Virus record (IMG/VR): IMGVR_UViG_3300010316_000005
Coordinates: 64,001-128,000 of that record
Length of the DNA: 64,000 nt
Reading direction: 5' to 3' (one strand)
Source of the DNA: a virus
The position numbers were made by a program, and so were the translations under genes. The first letter of the stretch is position 1, and each line of letters opens with the position of its first letter. Below, in pieces: positions 45,539 through 57,100 of this stretch. The notes beneath the pieces were generated by a model. The model worked only from the letters and a program-made list of their open reading frames with translations. It did no database searches and had not been told where the DNA came from.

Positions 45539-46465
45539 TTATAAAATTGATATGTTTGCCGATGCCGGGGCAGTCAGTGATACAGTGTCGTATGGAGAAC
45601 CGTCAATGTTTACTGTTCCGTCTGGAAGCGCAATAGAAGCACTGCTAGTTAATGTTCCTTGTACTAGATCGTCTACTGTTCCAGTAGCATCATCGTTAAA
45701 TTCTACTAATACACGTATTCTCAAATCGCTGTCTTCTCTAATTCTTATACGATAGTCATTTCCTGAATAGCTAGATGCAAAACGCTGATAACAAGTTTGA
45801 TATGATCCTGTTAAATCATAGTTACCAATTGACGATCCTGTTCCTATTCCATTGTTACTAAAAGTAGCATCGTAATCAAAGCTAATAACTCCAGCAGTAC
45901 TTAACATATTCTGCCATTCTAAAGTCTTTGAGTCCGACCCATTATAAGCAATATTAGCACTTATTCGTAATTCACCGCCTGCGTTAAAAAAGTGGCGTCT
46001 TGCTACTATAGACGGCCACGTTACTGTAAACTGGTGGGTTAATTGTGTATTCCAACCCGTCGATCTAGAGCTCGACACTAATCCTTGTATAGTAGCCTGC
46101 GTCGAAATATCCATTGTGAATTTATTATTTTCAATGTCCGTCATCAACGATTCGAGTGTAATTATGAGACTTTCTAATGGTTTATCAGTCGATCCCCCAT
46201 TGGTTAAAAAGTCTCCAATTGGCAATGCGTCAACACTAAACGCTGATCCAATTTGGTGCGTTCTAGCACGAGCAAGATCAATATATAAATTGCCCCACTG
46301 CGCTGCGGTTATTTTACTTGTACCTGAAACTACAGGCGAAGTCGCTGCACTTTCAAGACTTTGGCCATAGCCTGTTGTAGGGGCTCCGCTAGTCGACGTC
46401 CCCATAATAGCTGCTATTCTGTCTTGTAAATTATTAAATCTAGTGCTAGTGACTAATGTGGGCAA
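45539..46465 (-). CDS. Virion structural protein
   Basis: S/T/G-rich; RHFFNAGGELRI; paralog of 46493-47959; ATAAATA at 46484-90; TTG start after AAGGAG. Confidence 0.65.
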   Translation of the reverse strand: MPTLVTSTRFNNLQDRIAAIMGTSTSGAPTTGYGQSLESAATSPVVSGTSKITAAQWGNLYIDLARARTHQIGSAFSVDALPIGDFLTNGGSTDKPLESLIITLESLMTDIENNKFTMDISTQATIQGLVSSSRSTGWNTQLTHQFTVTWPSIVARRHFFNAGGELRISANIAYNGSDSKTLEWQNMLSTAGVISFDYDATFSNNGIGTGSSIGNYDLTGSYQTCYQRFASSYSGNDYRIRIREDSDLRIRVLVEFNDDATGTVDDLVQGTLTSSASIALPDGTVNIDGSPYDTVSLTAPASANISIL

Positions 46466-46492
46466 ACTGATTCTCCTTAAAGTTATTTATTC

Positions 46493-47959
46493 TTAAGGAA
46501 CAATGTTAGTATTAAATACACTAATCCAGTCTTCTGCCGAGCCCATGTCTAATTCGTAAATAGTAATGCCTCTAGCATTGCACTTAGAAACTAGTAAGTC
46601 AATACTTGCTTGTACTGTACTTCTACGCATTGAGCCAGAATTATCAATCGCTAGCGCAATTTCTGCGCCCGCAGTAACTTGATCTACATTAGCTAATGAA
46701 TACCAATCAGATGCTTTATTTACATCGCTATCATCTCTTGCTACACCCCTATAAGTAAATAACGGATCATTTTGAGTAACTGTTGGAATATTTAGATCGT
46801 TGTCTGCATCTGAAAATGCTCCGTCTGGTCCTGGTTCAAATAGATAGAATGGACGATCTGGCCAAGTATTTCTAAATTGTATCCAATTACTCTCGTTTTG
46901 CTGAACTCCTGAATTTGACGCTTCGTCAATAATAGCAATTACCGGAATTAATTGATCTGCTGTTGCTGCTGGAGGAGGTGGAGGCTGAGCAGGAGTTGAG
47001 AATGAGCTTAATGTAGTGTCGTTTGCGTATACCGGACCTGTTACTCTAACAAAGTCTGTATCAGCCCTTAATTGCTGCACGGTGCTAGTTAGCGTGCCGT
47101 CGACGTCATTGTCAATTGTTCCGCCTACTACTACGTCGTTGAGTTCAATTCTAAATTGCAGCTGAGTCTGACTTATCTCTCTTGCTTTAACAATATAGAT
47201 GTTTCCTGCGTAGACGCCACTTACAGAACCTTGCCCTACTTTTTGATAAATTGTTTGATAATTAGTTGTTAATGAATAGTTACCAATCGCGGTTACTGTC
47301 ACTCCGCCTGAGTTTGGTAACGTACTAGTAGTTTCATTATAGTTAAACTTAATAACTCCAACTTCAGCTAACAATGCATTCCAGTCTTGTCCCTTTGTTC
47401 CAGCCGCTCCGCTATTATTTCCACTAATTCTTATTTCGCCGCCTGAGTTAAAAAAGAATCTACGCTGATCTGAACTGCTAAATGAAACTGTAAATTCATG
47501 TACAATCAATCCGTTCCAAGGCTGACTTCTTGTGCTGCTAATTCCTGTCTGCAATGTGCCACTAAAGATTTCAAACTTATCTGCTTCAATTTTTGACATT
47601 AATATTTCATAATCAGTAATACCCTTTGCCGTTCCAAACGGGTCAGTAGTAACATTTCCTGTTCCGTCGTCGATATTACTAGTATCCTCGCCGGCAATAT
47701 TTCGTGATGCACCTTCTGCTAACACTTTCATAATTTCAGCAGTTTCTACACCCGTTTGGTGCGCTCTTGCTTTAATCATATCAGTGTATAGTGAATTTAA
47801 ATCAGTAGCACTAATTGTTGAATTGTTTGCTGTAGGTTGACTGCTAACTGGATAACTTGCTACAGTTTGTCCATATCCCGACTGACCTGATCCGACGCCA
47901 AATATATTATCAATTCTAGCTTGTAAATTATTATGTCTTGTTGCTGTAATGTCAGCCAT
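46493..47959 (-). CDS. Virion structural protein with poly-Pro linker and C-terminal VWA-like domain
   Basis: RFFFNSGGEIRI; PAQPPPPPAA; LAIDNSGSM (DxSxS). Confidence 0.65.
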   Translation of the reverse strand: MADITATRHNNLQARIDNIFGVGSGQSGYGQTVASYPVSSQPTANNSTISATDLNSLYTDMIKARAHQTGVETAEIMKVLAEGASRNIAGEDTSNIDDGTGNVTTDPFGTAKGITDYEILMSKIEADKFEIFSGTLQTGISSTRSQPWNGLIVHEFTVSFSSSDQRRFFFNSGGEIRISGNNSGAAGTKGQDWNALLAEVGVIKFNYNETTSTLPNSGGVTVTAIGNYSLTTNYQTIYQKVGQGSVSGVYAGNIYIVKAREISQTQLQFRIELNDVVVGGTIDNDVDGTLTSTVQQLRADTDFVRVTGPVYANDTTLSSFSTPAQPPPPPAATADQLIPVIAIIDEASNSGVQQNESNWIQFRNTWPDRPFYLFEPGPDGAFSDADNDLNIPTVTQNDPLFTYRGVARDDSDVNKASDWYSLANVDQVTAGAEIALAIDNSGSMRRSTVQASIDLLVSKCNARGITIYELDMGSAEDWISVFNTNIVP

Positions 47960-47968
47960 ATTGCTTCC

Positions 47969-49432
47969 TTAAACTTTTAGTACGCACTCAACTAGTTTCT
48001 CACCATCATCGAGATTTGTCTCTAATGCAATACCTACTAGCGCCTTAGTTGCTAAGGTAGTACTTACTCCGTCTGACATTGCGTAAACAGCTTGGCCTTT
48101 TTTAACAGCGCCTTTTACTCTTACTGGAAGACGTCCTTTTAGTCCAATGTACTGGCCGTCTGCTTCACTGTTCATCATATAAGCCGGATCGGTTGACACA
48201 ACTCCTACACAAAAATCACTTGCACTAGCTGGGCCAACTTCGTGATCACTGTGTGCGCAAACTGCTACTGCTGTCCCCGGTGCTAGATCATCGCCTGTAG
48301 TATATTTTTCCGCTAAGTCAGCGTATCTTGCTTGCGTAGCAATACCTTGGAAAAGGTTTGCTGTTAAGTTACCTGATGCGTCTCTTGCTGCAATTGTGTT
48401 AGCAGTTGATGCAACCGCTGCTGAGCGATACGAAGCACCGTCAACTCTTAGTGCGTTAGCTTGGGTTGCTGTGCCGCTGAGCGTAGTTGCATAAACAGTG
48501 TCCCACTTTAATGATGCTGTGCCTAAGTTGTATGTGTTGTCGCTTCCTGGAAGTAATCCAGATGATCTAATCTCAACTGATGTTGTAGCTGTGCCGCCTG
48601 CATCTCTTGCCTTAAATCTAATAACGTTAGATGATCCTAGTTGGTTTTCAATAACTGCATCGCTGCTGTTCTCGACATACAGTCTAAACGGTAAGCTATC
48701 ACCGATTGTAATACCAGCATCACCAAATACGTTGTTGCCGCCTGCTTGAACAAAATCGTTAGCAGTAAAGCCACCTAGTCTATCAGCGTTTGACGCAGTT
48801 CCCCACCAGCGATAATCAGTTGATGTTACTCCAGTAGCTGAATCTTTTAAAGTTAAGCCTTGTCTAATGTATGTAAAACCTGTATATGGCCCGGTATTAG
48901 CAAACGATATACCTAGTGTAAATGATGCGTTGTTGCTGATAACATAAACAGACTGATCGTCAAGGGTAGCACGAATAACTGTTTTTGTATTGCCTACATC
49001 ATCAAGTACATTTTCGCTAACTAGCTGCGTTACACCTGTACCTGCTGCCTGCGGGCCAATTAGTATGAAGATTGCTCCATTGAATACATAAAGCTGATCA
49101 TTAGCAGTATCCCACCAAAAGTCGCCTATTGATAAGCCGCCTGGTTCCGAGGCTGCTACTTCTGATCCGCCTGTAGTTCTCCACTGCGTTCCATCGTAAA
49201 ACTTTAGTTTACTATTTGCGCTGTCAAACCAAACCTGACCGCTTAGTGCTCTTGGCGGAGGGTTTGCTCCGGCAAAGTTTTCTAAAAGAAACAAGAAGTT
49301 TTCGTTTACTGTTTCTCCGTAGCCTGCGTAGTTCTTACCGATAAATTTAATATCAGTAGCAGTCGAATCTATAGTTCCATCTTCTACTATAGTTAGAACT
49401 GTGTTGTTATATCTGTCAATTTGATAAGCCAT
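47969..49432 (-). CDS. Tail fibre protein with putative C-terminal autocleaving chaperone
   Basis: Shared fibre N-domain GKNYAGYGE..NENF..LLENFA; YNLGTASLKW; ARYADLAEKY...GVVSTDPAYMMN...GRLPVRV. Confidence 0.75.
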   Translation of the reverse strand: MAYQIDRYNNTVLTIVEDGTIDSTATDIKFIGKNYAGYGETVNENFLFLLENFAGANPPPRALSGQVWFDSANSKLKFYDGTQWRTTGGSEVAASEPGGLSIGDFWWDTANDQLYVFNGAIFILIGPQAAGTGVTQLVSENVLDDVGNTKTVIRATLDDQSVYVISNNASFTLGISFANTGPYTGFTYIRQGLTLKDSATGVTSTDYRWWGTASNADRLGGFTANDFVQAGGNNVFGDAGITIGDSLPFRLYVENSSDAVIENQLGSSNVIRFKARDAGGTATTSVEIRSSGLLPGSDNTYNLGTASLKWDTVYATTLSGTATQANALRVDGASYRSAAVASTANTIAARDASGNLTANLFQGIATQARYADLAEKYTTGDDLAPGTAVAVCAHSDHEVGPASASDFCVGVVSTDPAYMMNSEADGQYIGLKGRLPVRVKGAVKKGQAVYAMSDGVSTTLATKALVGIALETNLDDGEKLVECVLKV

Positions 49433-49474
49433 TATTTATGAACCCTTCGTGTGCTTTACTATTATTTATCGTTT

Positions 49475-51358
49475 TTACGGATAAGTGAACGAGTCCCCAA
49501 CGGAGTAGTTCCATGATGATCCATCTGATATGTAAACCATTAACTGCCTTGTCGGAATAAGGGTTACTGTACCAGATGATGTGTTAGAATTTTGAATATC
49601 TTGTATTACAGATTCGTTCTGTGTGCCATTGCTATCAACAGCGATTCTTGATACTGTAAGAGACTCGCCTGCGTCAGCGTCAGTACTGTCTCGAATAGTT
49701 ACTTCAACTCCCGACACAGTTGCGTTTGTATAGCCCGCAGCGTGAATTCGTACTATCTTGGTACTGTTTGTAGGGTCGGGCGGTATAAGGTCGTCTAAGA
49801 AGCTCTCTACATTGTTTATCAGCGTTGCTCCTACACCTAATCCACTTATGTCCATTGTAAGAATAATTGGTGCTTGTATAACTTGATCGTCAACATACTG
49901 CTTAGTAGCAGCATCTTGCGGGCTTGTTGGATCTGCAACTCCTTGTATAGGAGCATCATCAAGAACAATAGCATTGTTGCTAGTATTGATGTTTAATGCC
50001 GTTCCGTTAGTAGAAATAGTATTTCCAACAAAATTCATACCATCTACGTTTAGTTCAGTTAATGTTCCTATTTCAGTTAAACCTGTAGCTCTAGTTATAG
50101 TTGGTCCAATTTCTGTAGGTGTAATTTTGTCAACGCCGTTGATTCTATAAACCTCTCCGTTTAATAGATCCATTCCAACGTTCGAAGTCCAGCTATTTGT
50201 AAGTATGCGCCAAGTAAGGGTCTTGTCACCGTTTAGCGATCTAAGAATGATGCCGCCGTCTTCTACTGCAAAGTCAGAAAGCAATGTATTGTCGCCCATT
50301 GTAGCAAGTTCAATCTGGTGATCCTCTACTCTAAGAGTAGTAATATCTAATGATACTGTTTCACCTTCAATTAACAAATCTCCAGTAACTCTTAAATCTC
50401 CCGAAACGTCTAGAGTGTATTCTGGTTCGCTGTTAAAGATACCTACTCGAGCTGTGCCTGCATCAATATACACCGCGTCCTCAATAGTTCCACCAAGTGC
50501 TGATGAATTTACCCTTAGAATTAAGTCTTGGTTGTTGATTTGGTTCTGCATAATAAAGTTATTAGTACCTGGTTCAACAAACTGTCTGTGGTTCTGAGAT
50601 AATCCGATAGAAATACCACCTTGGTTTTGAATAGTTAATGTACCAACTGTAATACCATTTCTATTAGCAGGAAGGAACTGGTCAACTGATACTGCGTTTC
50701 CGCTAGCATCTACTAACGCTCTTGCTCTAGCAGCCGTTCCTCTAAATTGGAAATTTGTTTGATCGAACACATTAAGCCCACTAAATACCTGCCCACTTAA
50801 ATTATCATCAGTTACTAATTCAGTAATCAGGTCTGCCGTCGACGGTACAAATTGACTGTCACTATACACAGCAACTCTATTGCCGCCGATGTATAAGCCA
50901 AGTACAGTAATAAGTCTACCGTTAATGTCTACTAAATTCTCAGCTTTGAATCCGCTTGTTCCCTGGTTGTTAGTATACTCTGGGCCAATTAATGTTAGGT
51001 CAGTGCCGTCAAATGTGTAAAGTTGATTGTTTACATTGTCAATCCAGAGGTCGCCTGCAACCATCTGTGGACGATCTGGCTGAACAAATGGACCGCCTGC
51101 TGCGTTCCATTGTGATCCGTTGTATACCTTTAATCTTTGTTCTGATTTATCCCACCACACTTGCCCAGTCAACGGGTTGCTTGGTGCGGCAGTATTAGCA
51201 AAACTTTCTAACAGTTTGATAAAGTTTTCATTAAAAGCTTCACCATAGCCATTGTAATTTCTACCAACTAATGTTAAATTAGTACTAGTATCATCAATTT
51301 GCCCATCGATTAACTCTGTTAGCAATGTACCGTCTGTTCTGTTTAGTTGATAACTCAT
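49475..51358 (-). CDS. Tail fibre protein
   Basis: Shared N-domain; VGIFNSEPEYTLDVSG; VADPTSPQDAATKQYVD. Confidence 0.75.
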   Translation of the reverse strand: MSYQLNRTDGTLLTELIDGQIDDTSTNLTLVGRNYNGYGEAFNENFIKLLESFANTAAPSNPLTGQVWWDKSEQRLKVYNGSQWNAAGGPFVQPDRPQMVAGDLWIDNVNNQLYTFDGTDLTLIGPEYTNNQGTSGFKAENLVDINGRLITVLGLYIGGNRVAVYSDSQFVPSTADLITELVTDDNLSGQVFSGLNVFDQTNFQFRGTAARARALVDASGNAVSVDQFLPANRNGITVGTLTIQNQGGISIGLSQNHRQFVEPGTNNFIMQNQINNQDLILRVNSSALGGTIEDAVYIDAGTARVGIFNSEPEYTLDVSGDLRVTGDLLIEGETVSLDITTLRVEDHQIELATMGDNTLLSDFAVEDGGIILRSLNGDKTLTWRILTNSWTSNVGMDLLNGEVYRINGVDKITPTEIGPTITRATGLTEIGTLTELNVDGMNFVGNTISTNGTALNINTSNNAIVLDDAPIQGVADPTSPQDAATKQYVDDQVIQAPIILTMDISGLGVGATLINNVESFLDDLIPPDPTNSTKIVRIHAAGYTNATVSGVEVTIRDSTDADAGESLTVSRIAVDSNGTQNESVIQDIQNSNTSSGTVTLIPTRQLMVYISDGSSWNYSVGDSFTYP

Positions 51359-51361
51359 GTT

Positions 51362-53461
51362 TTAGATTCCAGTGTAAATAATGTAATTTAGTGCTACGTA
51401 TGGGTTCATAACATCTAGTGAGGCGCCTAGGCGCTCATCGCCTACTTCTCTGTAAACGTTGTCGCCTTCTGCTCCACCGCCTACTAATCCACCTGATGTC
51501 GGTAGACCTTGCGCACTCAGCGTACCTGTTTCAAATGTCAAGTCAGTAACGTCAGTGTCAGGTGTACCAGTAGTGGGGTTAACTGCATAATGTTGTGTTC
51601 CTGCATCACCCTTTAGATCATGTTCGTGATCTGGAAGATGTCTTTTCTCAATGTCCGACGTTTCAATACCGCCTGATGCACCGAGTATATCAGCTAGATC
51701 ACCTGTGACAGTATTGGCGCTGACGCCGCCCATATTATCAAGACCCAACGGAAATCTGCCGCGCATATCCGGAAGCGCAAAGCTGTTAACACCTAAGTCA
51801 GCTAACAAATCTGGATTTCTAAATGAATACTGAATAACATCAAACAATTCGTTAAACGATGAAATAGCAAGTACTGAACCGTTACATAATAGCCATCCAC
51901 TTGGGGCGTCGGCTCCACCGTATGGTAGAATAATGCCTACAGGGAAAATAGGCACTGATTTAAGAAAGTTTGTTTTAGTAATCTTAAATAAGCCAGTGTC
52001 ACGACTTAGCACTATTTCGTCTGTATTCGGTGAATCAAACGTTTCTGATTTAGTTGAAATAAATGAGTTTGATATTTGAATATTAAGTGTCTTATTTGTG
52101 CCGCCTGTTTGCCCATCAAATGCAAAACTAGCATTTGCTACGTCGCCCGTAACACCAATTGTAGTAGCAGTAGTTAATTTATCCGATGAACTCGATCTAC
52201 CAGTTAGAGTACCGATTACATTACCTTGAACATTTCCAAATATATTATTTGCATATAAGTTTAGATATCTGTTTCCAGTTGCGCCGATGCTATACACATT
52301 ATTTGATGTTGGCTCAATATTTTTTGTTTTTAGCAATCCCGAGTTAGTAGACGAATCGTCTACTCCAACTTGTAGTTCGCCGCCTACATACATGTTGCCG
52401 CCAATACCGGCTCCGCCTTCGACGATCAAAGCACCTTCGTCTACTGCGGTACTATTTGTTGTTCCATTAATTCTAAGGATGCCAGTATCTTCGTTGCCTA
52501 ATTCTGGAGAGATTTGGACGTTACCAACAACATCTAAGGTTTCTGCAGGAGCAACATTGTTAATCCCCACTCTTTTCGAAGCATCAATTCTCATTACAGT
52601 ATTGTTCGACACGCCAGAACGCAGTCTAAAGTCGATGCTCGCACCGCTTGATGCGTTTGTCATAACTGCTGCTTGACTTTCTACTTTAAGAACTAACTGG
52701 CCGTTTGAGCCTAGTGATATTCCTTTGTCGGTGTTAACTTTAACTTGGTCGAGGAAATTAGCAACCGTGTCATTTCTTACAAATTTGTCCGACGGTACTA
52801 TTTCACTACCGACAATAAGGTTTTCAGCTTTTTGTGATGTGCCGTTAAACTTGTAAATCGTAGTCAAGTCATCATACAAGTTTAATCCAATTTGAATTGG
52901 CTGTCTTGTAAAACCAAGTATAGCCGACTTAGGCGTAAATTTATCACTACTTAAAATTGCTACGGTTTTGTTTTGAATTTTTAGAGTTAATACAACATAT
53001 GTTAAATTATCAGTTCCGACAATTTGTTCACTAGCTATACCAGTCAACAAACCATCACTAAATTCCGGACCTACTAGAATCCAGTCAGTACCAGTAAATA
53101 AATATAACTGCTGAGTATCTGTGTTTGCCCAAAGATCTCCTGCAATTGAGTTTGATACTTCTGGTGCTATTGCGCCCTTTTTTAGGCCGCTGGCGGATAG
53201 CCATTGGACGCCGTCATATATTTTAAGCTGATCGATGCCTTGAGTATTATCATACCAAAGTTGCCCTTCAACTGGCCTTTCGGGAGCAGTTGTGTTAGCA
53301 AAGTTTTCTAATAGATGCAGAAAGTTTTCTGCAACAGTTTGTCCGTACCCTGGAAAACTGCGTCCCGGAAATCCTAGACTAGTGTCTTCATTTAGGGTAG
53401 CATCTTCAACGATAATATTACTTTTATTAATACTATCTGTATATCTTATTTCATATGCCAT
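51362..53461 (-). CDS. Tail fibre protein with collar domain
   Basis: PVGIILPYGG..APSGWLLCNG, FALPDMRGRFPLG, NPYVALNYII. Confidence 0.85.
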   Translation of the reverse strand: MAYEIRYTDSINKSNIIVEDATLNEDTSLGFPGRSFPGYGQTVAENFLHLLENFANTTAPERPVEGQLWYDNTQGIDQLKIYDGVQWLSASGLKKGAIAPEVSNSIAGDLWANTDTQQLYLFTGTDWILVGPEFSDGLLTGIASEQIVGTDNLTYVVLTLKIQNKTVAILSSDKFTPKSAILGFTRQPIQIGLNLYDDLTTIYKFNGTSQKAENLIVGSEIVPSDKFVRNDTVANFLDQVKVNTDKGISLGSNGQLVLKVESQAAVMTNASSGASIDFRLRSGVSNNTVMRIDASKRVGINNVAPAETLDVVGNVQISPELGNEDTGILRINGTTNSTAVDEGALIVEGGAGIGGNMYVGGELQVGVDDSSTNSGLLKTKNIEPTSNNVYSIGATGNRYLNLYANNIFGNVQGNVIGTLTGRSSSSDKLTTATTIGVTGDVANASFAFDGQTGGTNKTLNIQISNSFISTKSETFDSPNTDEIVLSRDTGLFKITKTNFLKSVPIFPVGIILPYGGADAPSGWLLCNGSVLAISSFNELFDVIQYSFRNPDLLADLGVNSFALPDMRGRFPLGLDNMGGVSANTVTGDLADILGASGGIETSDIEKRHLPDHEHDLKGDAGTQHYAVNPTTGTPDTDVTDLTFETGTLSAQGLPTSGGLVGGGAEGDNVYREVGDERLGASLDVMNPYVALNYIIYTGI

Positions 53462-54072
53462 TATGCGTTACCTCCGCTTAGGCTTTGAATTCTTACAGTG
53501 TAGTCAATTTGAATAAGTCTGTTTAATGACTTCTGTACAGGATGGAAAATAACATGAGTAATTAAACGTCCTGTTCCACTTGGTGAGTAGCTTCTTAACC
53601 CTAACTCATCAAACACGAATTCGTCATCTGCTGAAGTAGCAGTGTCAAATGCTTGCTGTCCATTTGGTTCACCGTAGTCTAACAAACATCTAACTAGCAT
53701 GTCAGTATAGTTTGTACCACTAACGTGTCTTGTTTCAATAAAGTTTCTAGCAGGATCTAAGTTGTTAGCCGAACGGGCGTCGACTACTTTTGAATATGTT
53801 TGATTATACAATGTAGCATTTGTGCCAGTTGAGTTAGGAGTCAAGTAAGTAATAATACCTGTAGGGTCAACACTAGTGCCGCCGTTACCAAAGCTCATTT
53901 CATACACAAAACCTTCGCCTGCGTTGCTCATGCTTTCTGCTAATGCAATGCTCATATTTTCATAATGGATCGCATTTCTTTTGTTTATAAACACTGTACC
54001 AGATTCTGGATCTGATATCTTAATGTGTCCTTGTACTGAAATTCCGCTAGTATCTTTCATATTGTCACTCAT
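53461..54072 (-). CDS. Virion structural (baseplate/fibre-attachment) protein
   Basis: GHIKI...NAIH...FGNGG...FDELGL...THVIFHPVQKS; ATAAATA at 54090-96. Confidence 0.65.
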   Translation of the reverse strand: MSDNMKDTSGISVQGHIKISDPESGTVFINKRNAIHYENMSIALAESMSNAGEGFVYEMSFGNGGTSVDPTGIITYLTPNSTGTNATLYNQTYSKVVDARSANNLDPARNFIETRHVSGTNYTDMLVRCLLDYGEPNGQQAFDTATSADDEFVFDELGLRSYSPSGTGRLITHVIFHPVQKSLNRLIQIDYTVRIQSLSGGNA

Positions 54073-54107
54073 TTTTGTTTCCTACATTGTATTTATTCTG
54101 GTAGCTG

Positions 54108-57100
54108 TTAGTTTCCGGCACGTATAAACGACCCTATGTCAGTTTTTGTTTCACCTAAGGTTTCACCAGTTAATGTCCAAATTCTTCCTGTTTTTCTCAT
54201 CACAACAATCTTTTCATTGTTTAATGGTATACCGTCGGCATGTATATCGTCCTGAATGTCAAAGCTAATAATATCACCGTCGATTGTAAATTCTGCTTGC
54301 TGCACAAGATCACCATCTGGTGAGTCAAGCGCCACTACTTCACTAAACTTACTTATCTCATTCTTCCTTAGTCGGCGGCCACCTACGAAAACTTCAACTT
54401 CGTTAATACCATATGATGCCTGCAATGTAGAATCTTTGTAACCGATAGTTATGCTCTGGCTTCCATCTCCGATAAAGTTACGCAGAACTGTTCTATCATT
54501 GTAAGGAACAGTTTTTCTAGCGCCTTGATCAAACACTTCTTCTCCTGCTGAATATGTATCTTTAACTCCTGTACCAAGTGTACCTCTGCGAAGTTGCCTT
54601 AGTAGATTACCGTCTTTTACTAGGTATTCAATGCGCTCGCCATCAATCCAAACAATGCCCGGTTTATTAGACTTCTTGTCCGGTGCTGGTAGCAACGATG
54701 CGTCTTCTACTTCAACTCTTAAATCATAGTAATTTAGGTCCTTGCTAAGAACTGTTACAGCATCGTTAATTCTCTTGTAGTGAGTTCTATTAAGAACATC
54801 CTTAAAGATTCTGTAGGCAAATTTAGGCACCGAAACAGGAGTAGCAAACTGCACTACTTCTATAACATCGTTTGTTCCCGGAGGAGTTGTTAGCTGGACC
54901 TTTAATCTGTCGTCAGTAATATAATAGTCAACGCTCGGAGATAGTAAGATTCCATTTTTTGCAACCCATACGTATTGCGCATCTTCTGCCGGCTTTCTCA
55001 GTTTGATTTCACCGTATGATAGACGCTGATAAGTTTTTGCTTCCTTGCTTCCCGGAACAATAGCAAATCTTGACACAACATCATAGTTCTGTTTTTCAAT
55101 ACCAAGGATGTCGTGGTTTGAGAATTTAATAATTTCAATTCTTTCATTTACACCAGGTGCATATTTAAACGTAATATTGTTGTTGTCAAATGTATATTCA
55201 CTATCAGAAATTAGGTAAATTTCCAGTAAATCGCCTACGTCACCTGTACCGTCATTTAACCTAATCGAGTTGGTATTCGGATTCAGAAGCCACCTGTTAG
55301 GCGTCTCTATTATTGCGCCATTTAAAAATACGCGCAGATTAGTAGTGTCAATAGTCGTTGACGGAAACTGGAATGATTCAATTGCATATTCTCTAACATC
55401 AATGCTTTTGATTTCATACTGAATATTGTATCCAGAACTTAGAATCTTATTTCCGACTTTTACCAAGCAGTTGTGTTCGGTTGGCTCAACAAAGAATGGC
55501 GTTTCAGCAATCGGAAACACCGTAGATGCTCCGTCACCGATTAATACTTCTTTATTAACTTGACTATAATTTACTTCAGTGTTATTATCAAACACAATAT
55601 AGTTGATTGTCTGTCCAGTTTCTGGTGTTACTGTTAGGCTAATAGTTAAAGTATCTTTACCTTCTGTTTTAGTAGCACCGATCTCAACGTTTTCGCCATC
55701 AAGAGTTAAGAATACACCGTATCCATCTTTGAAATAAGTGTTAATTTCGTACTCATCAGTATCGGCAACAGTCATAGCCTTTCCAAAATCAATAACATTT
55801 TGTACACCCGCTTCCAGTGTTACTATCGATAGAGCGTGCCCTTCAGTTAAGTCAGGAATATTAATTGTTAAGTTGCTCCAATCAACGTCATAATCGCCTC
55901 GGGTTAATATTATGCCGTCTACTTTTACAACAATTGCGTCAAGACTCGACGGAGTTGCACCTAAGTCAAACGTTTCATTTACTCCGTCAGTAATGTGATA
56001 CTGGCTAACAATCTTACCTGGACCGGTCGAGTCTCTTGTATACACTCTTAAATCCAGTGTATCCATTACTTGACCTGGTACCATTTCTTCTGGTCCAGTT
56101 GACGTAGTAGCAGTAACAAAGCTGTCGCCGTCTACAATAATATCTTCTGCTTTTAACCCAGTCGCAGTTGTCTTGTCAAATGCTCCACCTGTTAATTGAG
56201 TATCATACGATGCCGGATCCGGTGCCACAGTACCATCTGATGTTATTTTTCTAATAATCATTATGTCGCCGTCTTCAGTGGCAATATCGTAATCACTCAG
56301 AATAAACACATCAGTTGTGCCGTCGCCTGTAATACTTTCTAGTTTAGCATCTTCGTTAAGTTGTTCTTCAGTGCCAAAATTAGGATCATCAATTCTGACT
56401 CCATTCAAATAAACATTGTACACAGTGCCGCTTTCAAACGGTTCGTCTAGACCTACTGCAACAGTTGAGCCGTCAAACGTAAACACATAGTCTTCATATG
56501 AATTATCAAATTCGTCCCATGTATCCGTATACCAATCATTTGTGTTCCAACCTTGCTCTTCACTAAATCCAAACGATGTAACTTCAACACCGCCATAGTC
56601 GACACCAGTCATTAACTGTGCTAAATCTTTACCGAGCATACCGCTCAGTGCTGTATAGCCAAATTGTATTCTGTCTTCTGCACTTAACATCGACAGTGGC
56701 TTCTGGTAGCTAATTACGATATTTGCGTCTAATGCAGGTGGATTAGTAAACGTAACTTGTCCTTGCTCTCTAATATATCCAGCATCTGTGTTTGTTACGT
56801 TACGGAAAGTAAACTGACTACGAAGCATTTCTTTTCCGTCTACTGTTACTGTCACAGTGTCTAACCGTAAGTTCATTGGCCATTCTAAGTTAAACGTTGT
56901 TTGAGAATTCGAACCAACGAACGTTTCAGTTTCTGCTAGCGAGTTAATGTAGTACTTGCCCGACGTTCTATCAAACTTGATAGTGATGCTCGGAGATCTC
57001 ACTACGCCGGAGCCAAGTATTGCTGATGCTCTAGCCACAACGCCGTTTTCTACTTGGGGAACAGCAATATTAATAGCAGGAGCACTTGTATAACCTTGGC

